Numbered from the stretch's first letter, positions 1 through 9,650 are shown. The stretch is DNA of 64,000 nucleotides from an uncultured Klebsiella sp. (GCA_964496695.1 CAZCBE010000013.1:12401-76400); one strand, 5' to 3'. The notes: generated from the sequence alone by a model not told the origin. Translations and numbers: made by a program.

Positions 1-21
1 GCCCCTGCCTAGCTTTCCGCC

Positions 22-1617
22 ATGTCTCTGAATCGCCGCCGTTTCTTCACCCGCTCGGGCCTGCTCGCCGCCACGTCCCTGGCCGCGCCCGCCGTGGTCC
101 GGGCTGCCGAACCCGGCAACGCCAAGCCCGGGCAGAAGCCCCGCCACATCATCCACATGGTCGCCGATGGCATGGCGATGGCCACGCTCTCGATGGCCGA
201 TCATCTCTCGCGTGCGGTGCGTGGCCGGGGCCTCACCTGGATGAACCTCTACAACCAGCCCGGCACCGTCGGCTCGCTCATGGACGTGCGTTCGCTGAAC
301 TCTGTCGTGACCGACTCCTCCGCCTCGGCCTGCGCGTGGGGCAGCGGTTCGCGCATCGTGAACGGCACGGTGAACATCCTGCCCGATGGCCAGATCCTGA
401 CGCCGCTCTACACGCTCTTCGGCCAGCAGAGCTGGAAGCGCGCGCTGGTCACCACCACCGAGATCACGCACGCCACTCCCTCGGGCTTCGCCGCCAGCGG
501 CCTCAAGCGCGAGGCGGCGGACAGCATCGCCGTGCAATACCTGGAGCGCGGCGTGGAAGTCCTGCTCGGCGGCGGCCAGAAATATTTCGACCCCGCCAAG
601 CGCAAGGACAAGCGCGACCTGCTGCCCGACTACCAGACCGCCGGCTATCAGGTCTTCAAGACGGCCAAGGACTTTGCCGGGGCCAAGAACGACAGCAAGT
701 GGCTCGGCATTTTTGCCAACAGCCACCTGCCCTTCACGGTGGACTGGAACCACGACGCGAAGCACCGGGAAACCGTCCCGCACCTCGCCGAGCTGACGCG
801 CAAGGCGCTCGCCAAGCTGGAGAACGAAAACCACTTCATCATGCAGGTGGAGGGCGGGCGCGTGGACCACGGCGCGCACATGTGCGACGCGGTGGCGGCG
901 CTCTACGACCAGGTGGCCTTCGACGAGGCGATTGACGTGTGCCTGGACTTCCAGAAGCGCCACCCCGACACGCTCATCGTCATCACCACCGACCACCCCA
1001 CGGGCAATCCCGGCCTCAGCGGCATCGGCAGCAACTACGGCTTCAGTTCCGCGCTCTTCACCAACGTGCAGCGCGTGAAGAAGTCCTTCAGCGAAATCCT
1101 CAAGCAGTGGAACGTGCCTGGTCCCGACACCGCGCCGCTGGCCAAGGGCGCCGTCGCCCCGGCGATCCAGCAGGACCCGAAAACCATCGCCGACACGCTC
1201 CGCGAGGCAACCGATTATCAGTTGTCGCTGGAAAAGGCCGCCGTGCTCGCGCCGTTTCTGGCGCGGAAGGGCAAGGCGCAGTTCACCGTGATGAACAGCG
1301 CCGTCGCACAGCTTGGCCAGCTCATGGCGAATCATCTCGGCATCGGCTGGACGGGCACGGCGCACTGCTCGGACTTCGTGCCGCTGGTGGCCACCGGCCC
1401 GGGATCGGAGCGCTTCCGGGGCTTCATCCTGAACACGGACGTGTTCCGCCACTACACGCAGCTCGCCGGCATTGATTTCCAAAATCCGTCCCTGCCCATC
1501 AAGGAAGACCTCAAGGTGGGACCGGACCTGGACAAGGAACTGCTGAAGGAAAAGGAGAAGGAAGCCAAGGAGAAGTCCGCCGGGCTGTGGTCCGAACAGC
1601 ACTGGGTGGCGGCCTGA
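22..1617 (+). CDS. Alkaline phosphatase (PhoA family), Tat-exported
   Basis: ATG at 22. Twin-arginine signal MSLNRRRFFTRSGLLAATSLAAPAVVRA. Active-site-like VTDSSASACAWGSG and metal-ligand-like GGRVDHGAH / TTDHPTG motifs. Confidence 0.85.
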   Translation: MSLNRRRFFTRSGLLAATSLAAPAVVRAAEPGNAKPGQKPRHIIHMVADGMAMATLSMADHLSRAVRGRGLTWMNLYNQPGTVGSLMDVRSLNSVVTDSSASACAWGSGSRIVNGTVNILPDGQILTPLYTLFGQQSWKRALVTTTEITHATPSGFAASGLKREAADSIAVQYLERGVEVLLGGGQKYFDPAKRKDKRDLLPDYQTAGYQVFKTAKDFAGAKNDSKWLGIFANSHLPFTVDWNHDAKHRETVPHLAELTRKALAKLENENHFIMQVEGGRVDHGAHMCDAVAALYDQVAFDEAIDVCLDFQKRHPDTLIVITTDHPTGNPGLSGIGSNYGFSSALFTNVQRVKKSFSEILKQWNVPGPDTAPLAKGAVAPAIQQDPKTIADTLREATDYQLSLEKAAVLAPFLARKGKAQFTVMNSAVAQLGQLMANHLGIGWTGTAHCSDFVPLVATGPGSERFRGFILNTDVFRHYTQLAGIDFQNPSLPIKEDLKVGPDLDKELLKEKEKEAKEKSAGLWSEQHWVAA

Positions 1618-1639
1618 CCGGTCAGGGAGCAAGCCAACC

Positions 1640-2398
1640 ATGCTGGCCTTTCTGGAATTCATCGCCTGGTTCGGGCCGCTGGGCTGGCTCTACGGGCTGT
1701 TTTCGATCTGGATGCTGGTGGACGCCGCCCGGCGCGGCGAGTGGGTGTGGTTCGCCTTCATGATCGTGTTCCCGATCATCAACCCGATCCTCTACTTCTT
1801 CCTGGTCTATCGCTCTGCGGCGTCGCTCGGCTCCACCGGCTTTGAACTGCCCGGCCAGCACAGGCGCCAGCGCATCGCGGAACTGGAGAAGCAGATCCAC
1901 CTGCTGGACAAGGCGCATCACCATCTCGAACTGGCCGACATCCACTTCCAGCGCGGCAAGTTCAAGCTGGCGGAGGAATCCTATCTCCGCTCCCTCGAGC
2001 GCGAGCCGCAGGACCTTGACACCCGCGCACACTACGGCCAGTGCCTGCTGCGGCTGGGCCGCGCCGCCGAGGCGAAAATCTATCTGGAGGCCGTCTGTGC
2101 GGAAAACCCCAAGCACGACTACGGCTACTCGCTCATGGCCCTGGCCGAGACACGGGCCGCGCTGGGCGATGTGGATGGCGCCATCGCCATCTGGGAGCAG
2201 GTCGTCAGCCAGCACTCTTACGCCCGCGCCCGGACGCAACTGGCGGAACTGCTCATCGTAAAAGGGCAGACCGAGCGCGCCCGCAAACTGGCGGAGGAAG
2301 TCCTTTCGGAAGACAAACATGCGCCCGAGTATCAGCGGCGGCAGGAGCGGCCATGGGTCGGACGCGCCAAGAAAGTGCTGAAACTGACAAGCCGCTGA
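1640..2398 (+). CDS. Membrane protein with PLD-nuclease N-terminal (PLDc_N) domain fused to TPR repeats
   Basis: N-terminus LGWLYGLFSIWMLVDAARRGEWVWFAFMIVFPIINPILYFFLVY resembles the short two-TM PLDc_N module. The remainder is TPR-like helical repeats (YLRSLEREPQDLDTRAHYGQCLLRLGRAAEA...). AGGGAG lies upstream of the ATG. Confidence 0.6.
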   Translation: MLAFLEFIAWFGPLGWLYGLFSIWMLVDAARRGEWVWFAFMIVFPIINPILYFFLVYRSAASLGSTGFELPGQHRRQRIAELEKQIHLLDKAHHHLELADIHFQRGKFKLAEESYLRSLEREPQDLDTRAHYGQCLLRLGRAAEAKIYLEAVCAENPKHDYGYSLMALAETRAALGDVDGAIAIWEQVVSQHSYARARTQLAELLIVKGQTERARKLAEEVLSEDKHAPEYQRRQERPWVGRAKKVLKLTSR

Positions 2399-2508
2399 CC
2401 GGCAGCGGCGGAGCGCCGAGCACCCGCCAGCGCAACTGCGCCCGCTCGCATTCTCAGGCAAGAAACCGATTGCCACCTCCCGGTTCCTGAGTGACTTTTC
2501 TTCGCATC

Positions 2509-3276
2509 ATGAAACACATCCTTGCCAGCCTCTGCATCGCCGTCCTGCTCGCGGTGCCCGACGCCCGCGGCCAGAAAGCGGGCGGCGTTTCCGCGATTGG
2601 CACCCAGGCCCCGTTCCTTGCCGCCGCCATGTCGGAATTTTTCAGTGACACCCGGGCGTTCACCGCCGGTGTCGAACTCGCGCTGCCCGCCAAGGATGGG
2701 GCCGAACCGATGAAGCTCCCCTTCGGCGTCGCCATGGCGGATGGTAAAATGCGCTGGGAACTCAACTTCGCCAATGTGAAGAGCGCGGAAATGACCCCCG
2801 AAGCCCTCAACGGCATGAAGGGCATGGGCCTGGACCAGATGTGCTTCATCTATCTGCCCGGCAAACCGCTCACCCTCACGCTCCCCGGCATGAAAGCCTA
2901 TGTCGAGATGCCCGTGCCCAAGGTCGAAGGCGTCCAGCAGCAGGCGCAGGAAAAAATCGGGCGGCTGGAAAAGAAGGAAATTGGCCGCGAGACCATCGCC
3001 GGCCAGCCCACGGTGAAATACGCCGTGAAAGTGCCCGGCGACGACGGCACGGCGACCGTCTGGCAGGCCACGAACCTGCAGAATCTCCCCATCAAGATCC
3101 ACATCACCAAGGATCAGCAGACCTACCAGCTCCAGTTGAGCAACATCCGCCTCGGCCAGCCGGATGCCGCCTACTTCCAGATGCCGCCCGGCTACACGAA
3201 GCAGGCCGACCTCAACGCGGCCATCCAGACGGCCGCGATGCGCTCGTTGGGAGGAATCAGCGGCGGGCTGAAGTAG
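2509..3276 (+). CDS. Secreted protein of unknown function
   Basis: The ORF is open from GTG 2491. The internal ATG at 2509 gives a clean signal peptide, MKHILASLCIAVLLAVPDARGQ. I recognise no catalytic motif. Confidence 0.55.
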   Translation: MKHILASLCIAVLLAVPDARGQKAGGVSAIGTQAPFLAAAMSEFFSDTRAFTAGVELALPAKDGAEPMKLPFGVAMADGKMRWELNFANVKSAEMTPEALNGMKGMGLDQMCFIYLPGKPLTLTLPGMKAYVEMPVPKVEGVQQQAQEKIGRLEKKEIGRETIAGQPTVKYAVKVPGDDGTATVWQATNLQNLPIKIHITKDQQTYQLQLSNIRLGQPDAAYFQMPPGYTKQADLNAAIQTAAMRSLGGISGGLK

Positions 3277-3295
3277 GGTGACGCGGAAAAGCGTT

Positions 3296-3348
3296 GAAAA
3301 GTCGAAGGGTTGAAGAGTCGGGGGTCAAAACCCTGCAACCCTTCAAAA
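3296..3348. repeat. Hairpin of the 'ttgaagggttgaag' family directly after the stop at 3276 (possible terminator)
   Basis: gaagggttgaagagtcgggggtcaaaaccctgcaacccttc: outer arms gaagggttg / caacccttc. Same sequence family as the element at 14124-14210. Confidence 0.5.
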
Positions 3349-3551
3349 GCAGGTTCCAAAAAGAGGAGGAGCGGACAGCGATTGCTCGCCATCCGCTCCC
3401 AACCCCAACAACCAAACCAACTTCAACAGTTCAGACGCAGCTTCAGAAGTCCGCTTCAAAAATTTCCGATTTCGCAGCGTTTTTTCTCCCCGCCCGGGCC
3501 GTTCCAGAGATTCAGGTGTCCAAACGGGGCGAAAACTGTTCTGTTCCCCCC

Positions 3552-4928
3552 ATGCGCATCCGCAATCTCAATCCCGACGCCGACATCGGCGCGAGCGCCT
3601 GGTGGCTCGAAATCGACGGTCACCGCCTGCTCATGGACGCCGGCGTCCACCCCAAGCGCGAAGGCCGCGACGGCCTGCCCATGCTGGACCTGGTCAAGGA
3701 CACCGACCTCGACGCCATCGCCATCACCCACTGCCACCACGACCATGTCGGCGGGCTGCCGGTGGCCGTGCGGCATCACCGGCAGGCGCACGTCCTGATG
3801 ACGGAACTGAGCTACTTCCTCGTCGAGCGCGTGCTCCACAACTCGGTGAACGTGATGAAGCGCCAGCGCGAGGAGGCCGGCATCCGCGACTACCCGCTCT
3901 ACACGCACGAGGAAGTGGATGAGATCGCCCCGCTCTTCCAGGGCTTCAAATACAACCGCCCGGTGGAGTGGGCGTTCCAGAAGACCCGGGGCGCGATCAA
4001 CGGCTCGCCCACGCTGGAATTCTTCGACGCCGGGCATGCGCTGGGCTCCGCCGGCATCCTGGTGCGCGGCAAGCGCGAGACCCTCTTCTACACCGGCGAC
4101 GTCTGCTTCCACGACCAGACCATCCTGAAAGGGGCGCGGTTTGAAGGTGTGAAGGCCGACGTCCTCATCATGGAGACCACGCGCGGCAACCGCGCGATGA
4201 CGCCCGGCTTCACCCGCGAGGCCGAGCTGGCCCGGCTCATCGAGGCCATCCGGGAGACGCTCAAACGCAAGGGCTGCGTGCTCATCCCCACCTTCGCCCT
4301 GGGCCGCAGCCAGGAAATCCTCGCCGCGATCGCCCTCGCCATCCGGGCCGGGAAGCTGAAGCACCAGCCCATCTACATCGGCGGCCTGGGCCGCGTCTTC
4401 ACGGAGATCTACGACCTCGAGTCCCATCGCACCCACCGCCAGCACAGCAGCCTCCAGCTCCACGAGGCGTTGAACCTGGTGGTGCTCGAAAAAGGCCAGG
4501 CCGAATCCATGCGGCTGGCGGGCGGGCGCATCTTTGTCATCACCGCCGGCATGATGAGCGAGCACACCGCCGCACACGACCTCGCCGCGCGCATGATGGG
4601 GGACGCCCGCCACGGCATCTTCTTCGTCGGCTACGCGGACCCCGACACGCCGGGCGGCCACCTCAAGGCCAGCCTGCCGGGCAAGCCGTTCCTCTTCAGC
4701 CCCAGCGCCGGCCAGCTCACCCGGAACTGCGAAATCCGGGATTTCGACCTGTCCGCCCATGCCAACCGCAGCGAACTGCTCGACTTCGTCAGCGAAGTCT
4801 CGCCCCGCACCGTGCTGCTCGGCCACGGCGACGCGGTGGCCCGCGCCTGGTTCGCGGAGCAAATCCAGGCCCGGCATCCCAAAATCAAAGTAATCCAGCC
4901 CGCTCCCGGCCAGCTCAGCGAAGTGTAG
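3552..4928 (+). CDS. MBL-fold metallo-hydrolase, beta-CASP type (RNase J / CPSF-like)
   Basis: HxHxDH motif ITHCHHDHVGGLP, followed by beta-CASP-like downstream motifs (TRGNR..., IPTFALGRSQEIL, HLSAHA-like LSAHANRSEL). The ORF opens at 3294, but family-like sequence begins at MRIRNLNPDADIG (ATG 3552). Confidence 0.8.
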   Translation: MRIRNLNPDADIGASAWWLEIDGHRLLMDAGVHPKREGRDGLPMLDLVKDTDLDAIAITHCHHDHVGGLPVAVRHHRQAHVLMTELSYFLVERVLHNSVNVMKRQREEAGIRDYPLYTHEEVDEIAPLFQGFKYNRPVEWAFQKTRGAINGSPTLEFFDAGHALGSAGILVRGKRETLFYTGDVCFHDQTILKGARFEGVKADVLIMETTRGNRAMTPGFTREAELARLIEAIRETLKRKGCVLIPTFALGRSQEILAAIALAIRAGKLKHQPIYIGGLGRVFTEIYDLESHRTHRQHSSLQLHEALNLVVLEKGQAESMRLAGGRIFVITAGMMSEHTAAHDLAARMMGDARHGIFFVGYADPDTPGGHLKASLPGKPFLFSPSAGQLTRNCEIRDFDLSAHANRSELLDFVSEVSPRTVLLGHGDAVARAWFAEQIQARHPKIKVIQPAPGQLSEV

Positions 4929-5096
4929 GCGGGTGCCTGCACATCTTGGCTCGCTGCCCATGAACCGCCCGGCGCGCACCTTGCCCCGGCGCGAATGGAT
5001 ACGGCCTCGCCGAACCACTGGCGTGCTCGGGTCTCGCCCCGCTCGTGCCTCGCGGGGCGAGGGAGACAGCGGTGCGTCGTGCCTAGGCCAGCGGTG

Positions 5097-5257
5097 GGCG
5101 CATCTCGACACTGCCCCGACAGCCGATGGAGCACGGGTCTGTGACCCGCAGGAACGTTCGAACGTCCGTCCCGCCGGCCTACACGGATGGCATCAGACGA
5201 GGGTGGCCGCTGCGGGTCGCAGACCCGCGCTCCGGGGGCAGTGTCGAGATACGCCCG
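5097..5257. repeat. MITE-like palindromic element, family A, copy 1
   Basis: Arms gggcgcatctcgacactgcccc...gggtctgtgacccgcagg and ccgctgcgggtcgcagacccgcgctccgggggcagtgtcgagatacgccc are reverse complements around a central aacgttcgaacgt. A second copy lies at 54185-54349. Confidence 0.75.
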
Positions 5258-5449
5258 CCAGCGGTCGCGAACTCACTGCGGCTTCGATCTCGTTGCCGGC
5301 CACTGGTCCCGGCACGAAGGGGGGGCAAGGGCTGAAAGCGCGGCAGTTAGGGGGCCGTTGGTTCTCTCCCTAAGGGCGCGGGAGAATCTTCGGCAGCAAC
5401 GTATCCAAGCGAAGCACTTTTGCTAACCGAGGCGGGCTACGTGGCTCCT

Positions 5450-5486
5450 CATCCAAGCGGGAGAGGGCTGGGGTGAGGGTGAACGG
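5450..5486. repeat. Solo copy of the 'gggagagggc(t/c)ggggtgag' repeat family
   Basis: catccaagcgggagagggctggggtgagggtgaacgg matches arms seen at 36551-36733 and 50958-51090. Confidence 0.6.
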
Positions 5487-5595
5487 CCACGAAGGTCCGC
5501 CCGTTCCGTTTTACCAAACTATTTCCACAGTTGGTGTAAGACGCTGTGAAAAGTCCGTTTTCATCTGCTCGCTCTGCAGTTAAATTCCGTCCGCG

Positions 5596-7038
5596 ATGAA
5601 GCGAAGCATCCTGATCTATCTGGCCATTCTCGCGTTCTTTGGGGCGGGCATCTATCTGGTGATCAAGGCGGGCCAGCAATTGCCGCCCCCGACCGGCGAA
5701 AGCGCGCGGGCAGCGGTCGGCATCACTGCGCCGGGGGCCGCGAGCAGCCCGGCTTCGGCCTGGTCGGCCATGAGCGAGAACATGAAGGACCCGCTCAGCC
5801 GGCTGCTGCTGCAGGTCATCGTCATCGTGCTCGCCACCCGGGCGGTCGGCACGATTTTCGTCCGCTGCGGGCAGCCGGCGGTCGTGGGTGAGGTGCTCGC
5901 GGGGATTCTGCTGGGGCCCTCGTTGCTGGGCTGGGTCTGGCCGGAAGCGGCGGGTTTCCTCTTTCCGAAGGAGTCGCTGGGCGTCCTGAAGCTCTTGAGC
6001 CAGATCGGCGTGTGCCTGTTCATGTTTGTCGTCGGGCTGGAGCTGGAGGTAAGCCACCTGCGGCAGAAGGCGCGGACCGCCGTGATGGTGAGCCACGTGA
6101 GCATCATGTTCCCCTACTTCCTCGGCGTGCTGGCGGCACTGTTCCTTTACCCGAACTACTCGGCTTCCGGCACCTCGTTCCCGGCGTTCGCCTTGTTCAT
6201 GGGCATCGCCCTGAGCATCACCGCGTTCCCGGTGCTGGCGCGCATTCTGGCGGAGCGCGGCATCGCCAAAACCTTTCTGGGCAGCACGGCCATCACCTGC
6301 GCCGCCGTGGACGACGCCACGGCCTGGGCCATCCTCGCCTTCGTCGTCGCCATTGCCCGAGCGACCAGTCTGGTGTCCACGGCCTTTTGCCTGGGGTTGG
6401 TGATCGTGTTTGTGGTGCTGATGCTCTGGGGCGTGCGCCCGCGCCTGCCGCGCTGGCTGGGCGTGGACCGGATGGAAGGCGGCGCGCCGAGCCGGGCCGT
6501 GCTGGGCACCGTGCTCATCCTGCTGCTGAGTTCCGCACTGGCGACTGAACTGATCGGCATTCACGCGCTGTTCGGCGCGTTCGTCGCCGGCGTGGTGATG
6601 CCGGACAAAAAGGAATTCCGCGACTACCTCGTCGTGCGGCTGGAGAGTTTTAGTTCGCTGTTTCTGCTGCCGCTGTTCTTCGCCTTCAGCGGACTGCGCA
6701 CGCAGGTGGGCCTGCTGGACGACGCAACCAGTTGGCTGGTCTGCCTGGGCATCATCAGCATCGCCACCCTCGGCAAACTGGGCGGCACCATGGTCACCGC
6801 GCGATTGACCGGCATGAACTGGAACGACTCCTTCGCACTCGGCGCGCTGATGAACACCCGCGGCCTCGTGGAACTCGTCGCGCTGAACATCGGCTACGAC
6901 CTGGGCATCCTGCCCCCGCGCATCTTCGCCATGATGGTCCTCATGGCGCTGGTCACAACCTTCATGACCGGCCCGCTGCTGAATCTGGCCGAGTGGGCCA
7001 AGCGCCGCGTCGTGCCCGTGGAGCACCCGGCCATCTGA
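5596..7038 (+). CDS. Cation:proton antiporter (CPA2 / Kef-type Na+/K+:H+ exchanger family)
   Basis: 480 aa polytopic membrane protein. Family-like segments: GQPAVVGEVLAGILLGPSLLG, FMFVVGLELE, NTRGLVELVALNIGY. Confidence 0.8.
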   Translation: MKRSILIYLAILAFFGAGIYLVIKAGQQLPPPTGESARAAVGITAPGAASSPASAWSAMSENMKDPLSRLLLQVIVIVLATRAVGTIFVRCGQPAVVGEVLAGILLGPSLLGWVWPEAAGFLFPKESLGVLKLLSQIGVCLFMFVVGLELEVSHLRQKARTAVMVSHVSIMFPYFLGVLAALFLYPNYSASGTSFPAFALFMGIALSITAFPVLARILAERGIAKTFLGSTAITCAAVDDATAWAILAFVVAIARATSLVSTAFCLGLVIVFVVLMLWGVRPRLPRWLGVDRMEGGAPSRAVLGTVLILLLSSALATELIGIHALFGAFVAGVVMPDKKEFRDYLVVRLESFSSLFLLPLFFAFSGLRTQVGLLDDATSWLVCLGIISIATLGKLGGTMVTARLTGMNWNDSFALGALMNTRGLVELVALNIGYDLGILPPRIFAMMVLMALVTTFMTGPLLNLAEWAKRRVVPVEHPAI

Positions 7039-7120
7039 ACTGCGACTGCGCGTCGGTCGCGCCAGCCCGCAGGCAATAGACAGAATCCCATCGGAATTCG
7101 GCATTGGTGCTTCGGGTTTC

Positions 7121-7150
7121 TTGACATGCAACCATTTGGTTGCATATTCT
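7121..7150 (+). promoter_or_regulatory. Candidate sigma70-type promoter with an embedded ArsR-type palindromic operator
   Basis: TTGACA (7121-7126), 18-nt spacer, TATTCT (7145-7150). The spacer itself is the palindrome tgcaacca-tt-tggttgca (7127-7144). Confidence 0.45.
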
Positions 7151-7158
7151 CACCCCAG

Positions 7159-7482
7159 ATGGATGCAGTGTTCAAAGCGCTCGCGGACGAAAGCCGTCGC
7201 CAACTGCTCGACCAGTTGCACCGGCACAACGGGCAGACGCTCGGTGAGCTGTGCGAAGACCTCGACATGACCCGGCAGGCGGTGACCAAACATCTCCGGT
7301 TGCTGGAGGAGGCACGGCTCGTCGCCATCGTCTGGCGCGGGCGCGAGAAGCTGCATTATCTCAATCCAGTGCCGATTCACGAGATCTCCGAGCGCTGGAT
7401 TGCCAAATACGAACGCCACCGCCTGCAAGCGTTGAGCGATCTGAAACGAGGCCTCGAAGCAAACCAAGACCAGCCGGAGTGA
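7159..7482 (+). CDS. ArsR/SmtB-family winged-helix transcriptional regulator
   Basis: MDAVFKALADESRRQLLDQLHRHNGQTLGELCEDLDMTRQAVTKHLRLLEEARLV is a typical ArsR HTH. The ORF also opens at ATG 7126, but that codon lies inside the putative promoter. Confidence 0.8.
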   Translation: MDAVFKALADESRRQLLDQLHRHNGQTLGELCEDLDMTRQAVTKHLRLLEEARLVAIVWRGREKLHYLNPVPIHEISERWIAKYERHRLQALSDLKRGLEANQDQPE

Positions 7483-7486
7483 CGTT

Positions 7487-7930
7487 ATGCAAAAGCCAAA
7501 GCTAGTTTACACCACCTACATCCGCTCGACCCCGAAAGACGTGTGGGCGGCCATCACCAAGCCTGAATTCACCCGGCAATACTGGGGCGGACTCGCCAAC
7601 ATCTCCGACTGGAAGAAAGGCTCCACCTGGCAGCACATGACTGCTGGCGAGCAGCCGGAAGCCTGGGTCACTGGCAAAGTATTGGAGAGCACTCCCCCCA
7701 AACGCCTCGTGCTGTCCTGGGCCGACCCCGACAATCTTGCCGACAGATCGCGCGTCACCTTCGAGATCGAAATCATCAAGGACTCGGTGTGCCTCACGGT
7801 GACACACGACCAGTTCAAGGCGCGTTCGCCAATGGTCGCAAAGGTGAACGGGGGCTGGCCGCGCGTGCTCTCCAGCATGAAATCCTTTCTGGAAACCGGT
7901 AAAGGCCTCGCCGCTGCGGGTTGCAAATGA
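7487..7930 (+). CDS. SRPBCC / AHSA1-domain protein
   Basis: KLVYTTYIRSTPKDVWAAITKPEFTRQYWGG... is typical of the Aha1/START-like family. The ArsR + AHSA1 pairing is a commonly seen two-gene arrangement. Confidence 0.7.
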   Translation: MQKPKLVYTTYIRSTPKDVWAAITKPEFTRQYWGGLANISDWKKGSTWQHMTAGEQPEAWVTGKVLESTPPKRLVLSWADPDNLADRSRVTFEIEIIKDSVCLTVTHDQFKARSPMVAKVNGGWPRVLSSMKSFLETGKGLAAAGCK

Positions 7931-8042
7931 CCCAAGGCCGGCTCCAGGCCGGCTCACCCGTGCTCAGCAGAGATGCCGGGGCTGACCACGGGTGCGCTCC
8001 GGCCAGGGAACTACGGTTTCGCTGGCTGCACCAGCCGCTGCC

Positions 8043-8792
8043 TCAGCGTGGCAGCCGAACCCCGCGGTAAACCGTCACGGATGAGCCCTCCGCCAAAAAG
8101 GCGGATGATGGCCGGCGACTCAAGGCGGCGCTGAAGCACTCGCCATACAGGCCGGAAACATCGCAGTCCAGGATCGCCTCCGCCACGTCATACACCCGCC
8201 AGCGCGGATGTTCGACCCGGTATTCCAGAGTGGAGCCGTCCGGTTGAGCGTTGTAGCCCCAATAGTGTTCGGTGATGAACTCCGCCTCCGAGCCGGGCGG
8301 CAAAAGCTGCGCCTCACCGCGCAGCATCAGCTTCAAACGGTTCTCCCGGCCGCTGAAGCGCCACGAGTATTCCGCGGACCTCAACCTGCCGGACTCCGTT
8401 TCAATCCGGTGCGCCATCGGCAACGCGATGTAAGGTTCGTAGTAGAGCTTCCGTGCGGTGAGCGCGATGGCTGCGCGCGGAACGATCTCCTTGATGAACA
8501 CCACCCCGCGTCGCCAGCCCTCTTCCGCTTTGCGCCGCACATAGAACCGCAGGTTCACTTCTTCGAAATTGCGATGGAAGGGAATCGGAATGCCAACAAT
8601 GCGGGTGCTCAGGAACTGGAAACCGACAACCGAGACCAAAACCTTTCCCTGCCACAAATCCAGTTCGGTCCCGGCCGGGACGAACGGGGCGAGGACGGAC
8701 GGCTCCACCTCATAGTTCAGCATCGCCAGGTGTTTCCACTCGGCGGTGAGAAATGGCTTGGGGCCGTCAGCGCTCACCTGGCCTGGATGCAC
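8043..8792 (-). CDS. DUF2071 (YqjF-like) family protein
   Basis: PFLTAEWKHLAMLNYEVEPSVLAPFVPAGTELDLWQGKVLVSVVGFQF...FEEVNLRFYV resembles DUF2071. The ORF opens at 8951, but family-like sequence starts near GTG codons at 8792 or 8777, so the start is uncertain. Confidence 0.55.
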   Translation of the reverse strand: MHPGQVSADGPKPFLTAEWKHLAMLNYEVEPSVLAPFVPAGTELDLWQGKVLVSVVGFQFLSTRIVGIPIPFHRNFEEVNLRFYVRRKAEEGWRRGVVFIKEIVPRAAIALTARKLYYEPYIALPMAHRIETESGRLRSAEYSWRFSGRENRLKLMLRGEAQLLPPGSEAEFITEHYWGYNAQPDGSTLEYRVEHPRWRVYDVAEAILDCDVSGLYGECFSAALSRRPSSAFLAEGSSVTVYRGVRLPR

Positions 8793-9083
8793 CCTTACGC
8801 GCGGGACAGGGCATTCTCGCTGACGAAGAGGTTGCGGGACCGGAAGGCGGGCGGGCTCTCCAGCAGCAAGACAGCACGCACGGCGGTCAGCGGCGTGGCG
8901 AACCAGCCGGTCGCAGGATTCGTAGTTTGAGGTTCGTTGTTCACGAACCACAGATTACCAACCATGAAACGCGGACGCCATTATCTTGTCGCCTTGCGCG
9001 GCGGCCAACCGCGTTGCGGTTATACTTGGTGCCGCGAGTGGCGATGCAGAGAATTTTTGCTACCGTTTGGACCAGAACTTTTT

Positions 9084-9569
9084 ATGAGCGACACGAAAGC
9101 AAAAAACACCATCTGCGTTTGGTTCAACAAGGATGCGCAGGATGCGGCGCGCTTTTACGCGGCCACTTTCCCCAACAGTGAAGTCACCGCGATTCTCAAA
9201 GCCCCGGGTGACTATCCAGATGGCAAGGAGGGCGAAATCCTCACGGTGGAGTTCACCGTCTGCGGCATTCCGTGCATCGGTCTCAACGGCGGGCCGCAGT
9301 TCAAGCACTCCGAGGCCTTCTCCTTCCAGATCGCGACGGACACCCAGGAGGAAACGGACCGCTACTGGAACGCGATTGTCCGCAACGGCGGCCAGGAGAG
9401 CGCGTGCGGCTGGTGCAAAGACCGCTGGGGAATCTCCTGGCAAATCACGCCACGCGCGTTGATCAATGCGTTGACGGCCGGCGGCGCTGAAGCCAAGCGC
9501 GCCTTCGAAGCGATGATGGAAATGGGCAAGATCGACATCGCCAAAATCGAGGCCGCCCGCCGCGGCTGA
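9084..9569 (+). CDS. VOC-fold protein (PhnB / 3-demethylubiquinone-9 3-methyltransferase-domain family)
   Basis: MSDTKAKNTICVWFNKDAQDAARFYAATFPNS...LTVEFTVCGIPCIGLNGGPQFKHSEAFSFQI...CGWCKDRWGISWQITP matches this family. The ORF opens at 8937, but family-like sequence starts at ATG 9084. Confidence 0.75.
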   Translation: MSDTKAKNTICVWFNKDAQDAARFYAATFPNSEVTAILKAPGDYPDGKEGEILTVEFTVCGIPCIGLNGGPQFKHSEAFSFQIATDTQEETDRYWNAIVRNGGQESACGWCKDRWGISWQITPRALINALTAGGAEAKRAFEAMMEMGKIDIAKIEAARRG

Positions 9570-9650
9570 TGGGGACGAAGGGGGTTGCCGTCGGCAGACC
9601 AACATTGCGGCAACGTCCTTATGTTGGGTTACGAATCAAACCTGACCGAA

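Noticed and set aside
3456-7131. Long minus-strand ORFs 3456-5111 (551 aa) and 5449-7131 (560 aa)
   Set aside because: They are antisense to the beta-CASP hydrolase and the cation antiporter respectively. Their ends run into repeat elements and their composition is low complexity.
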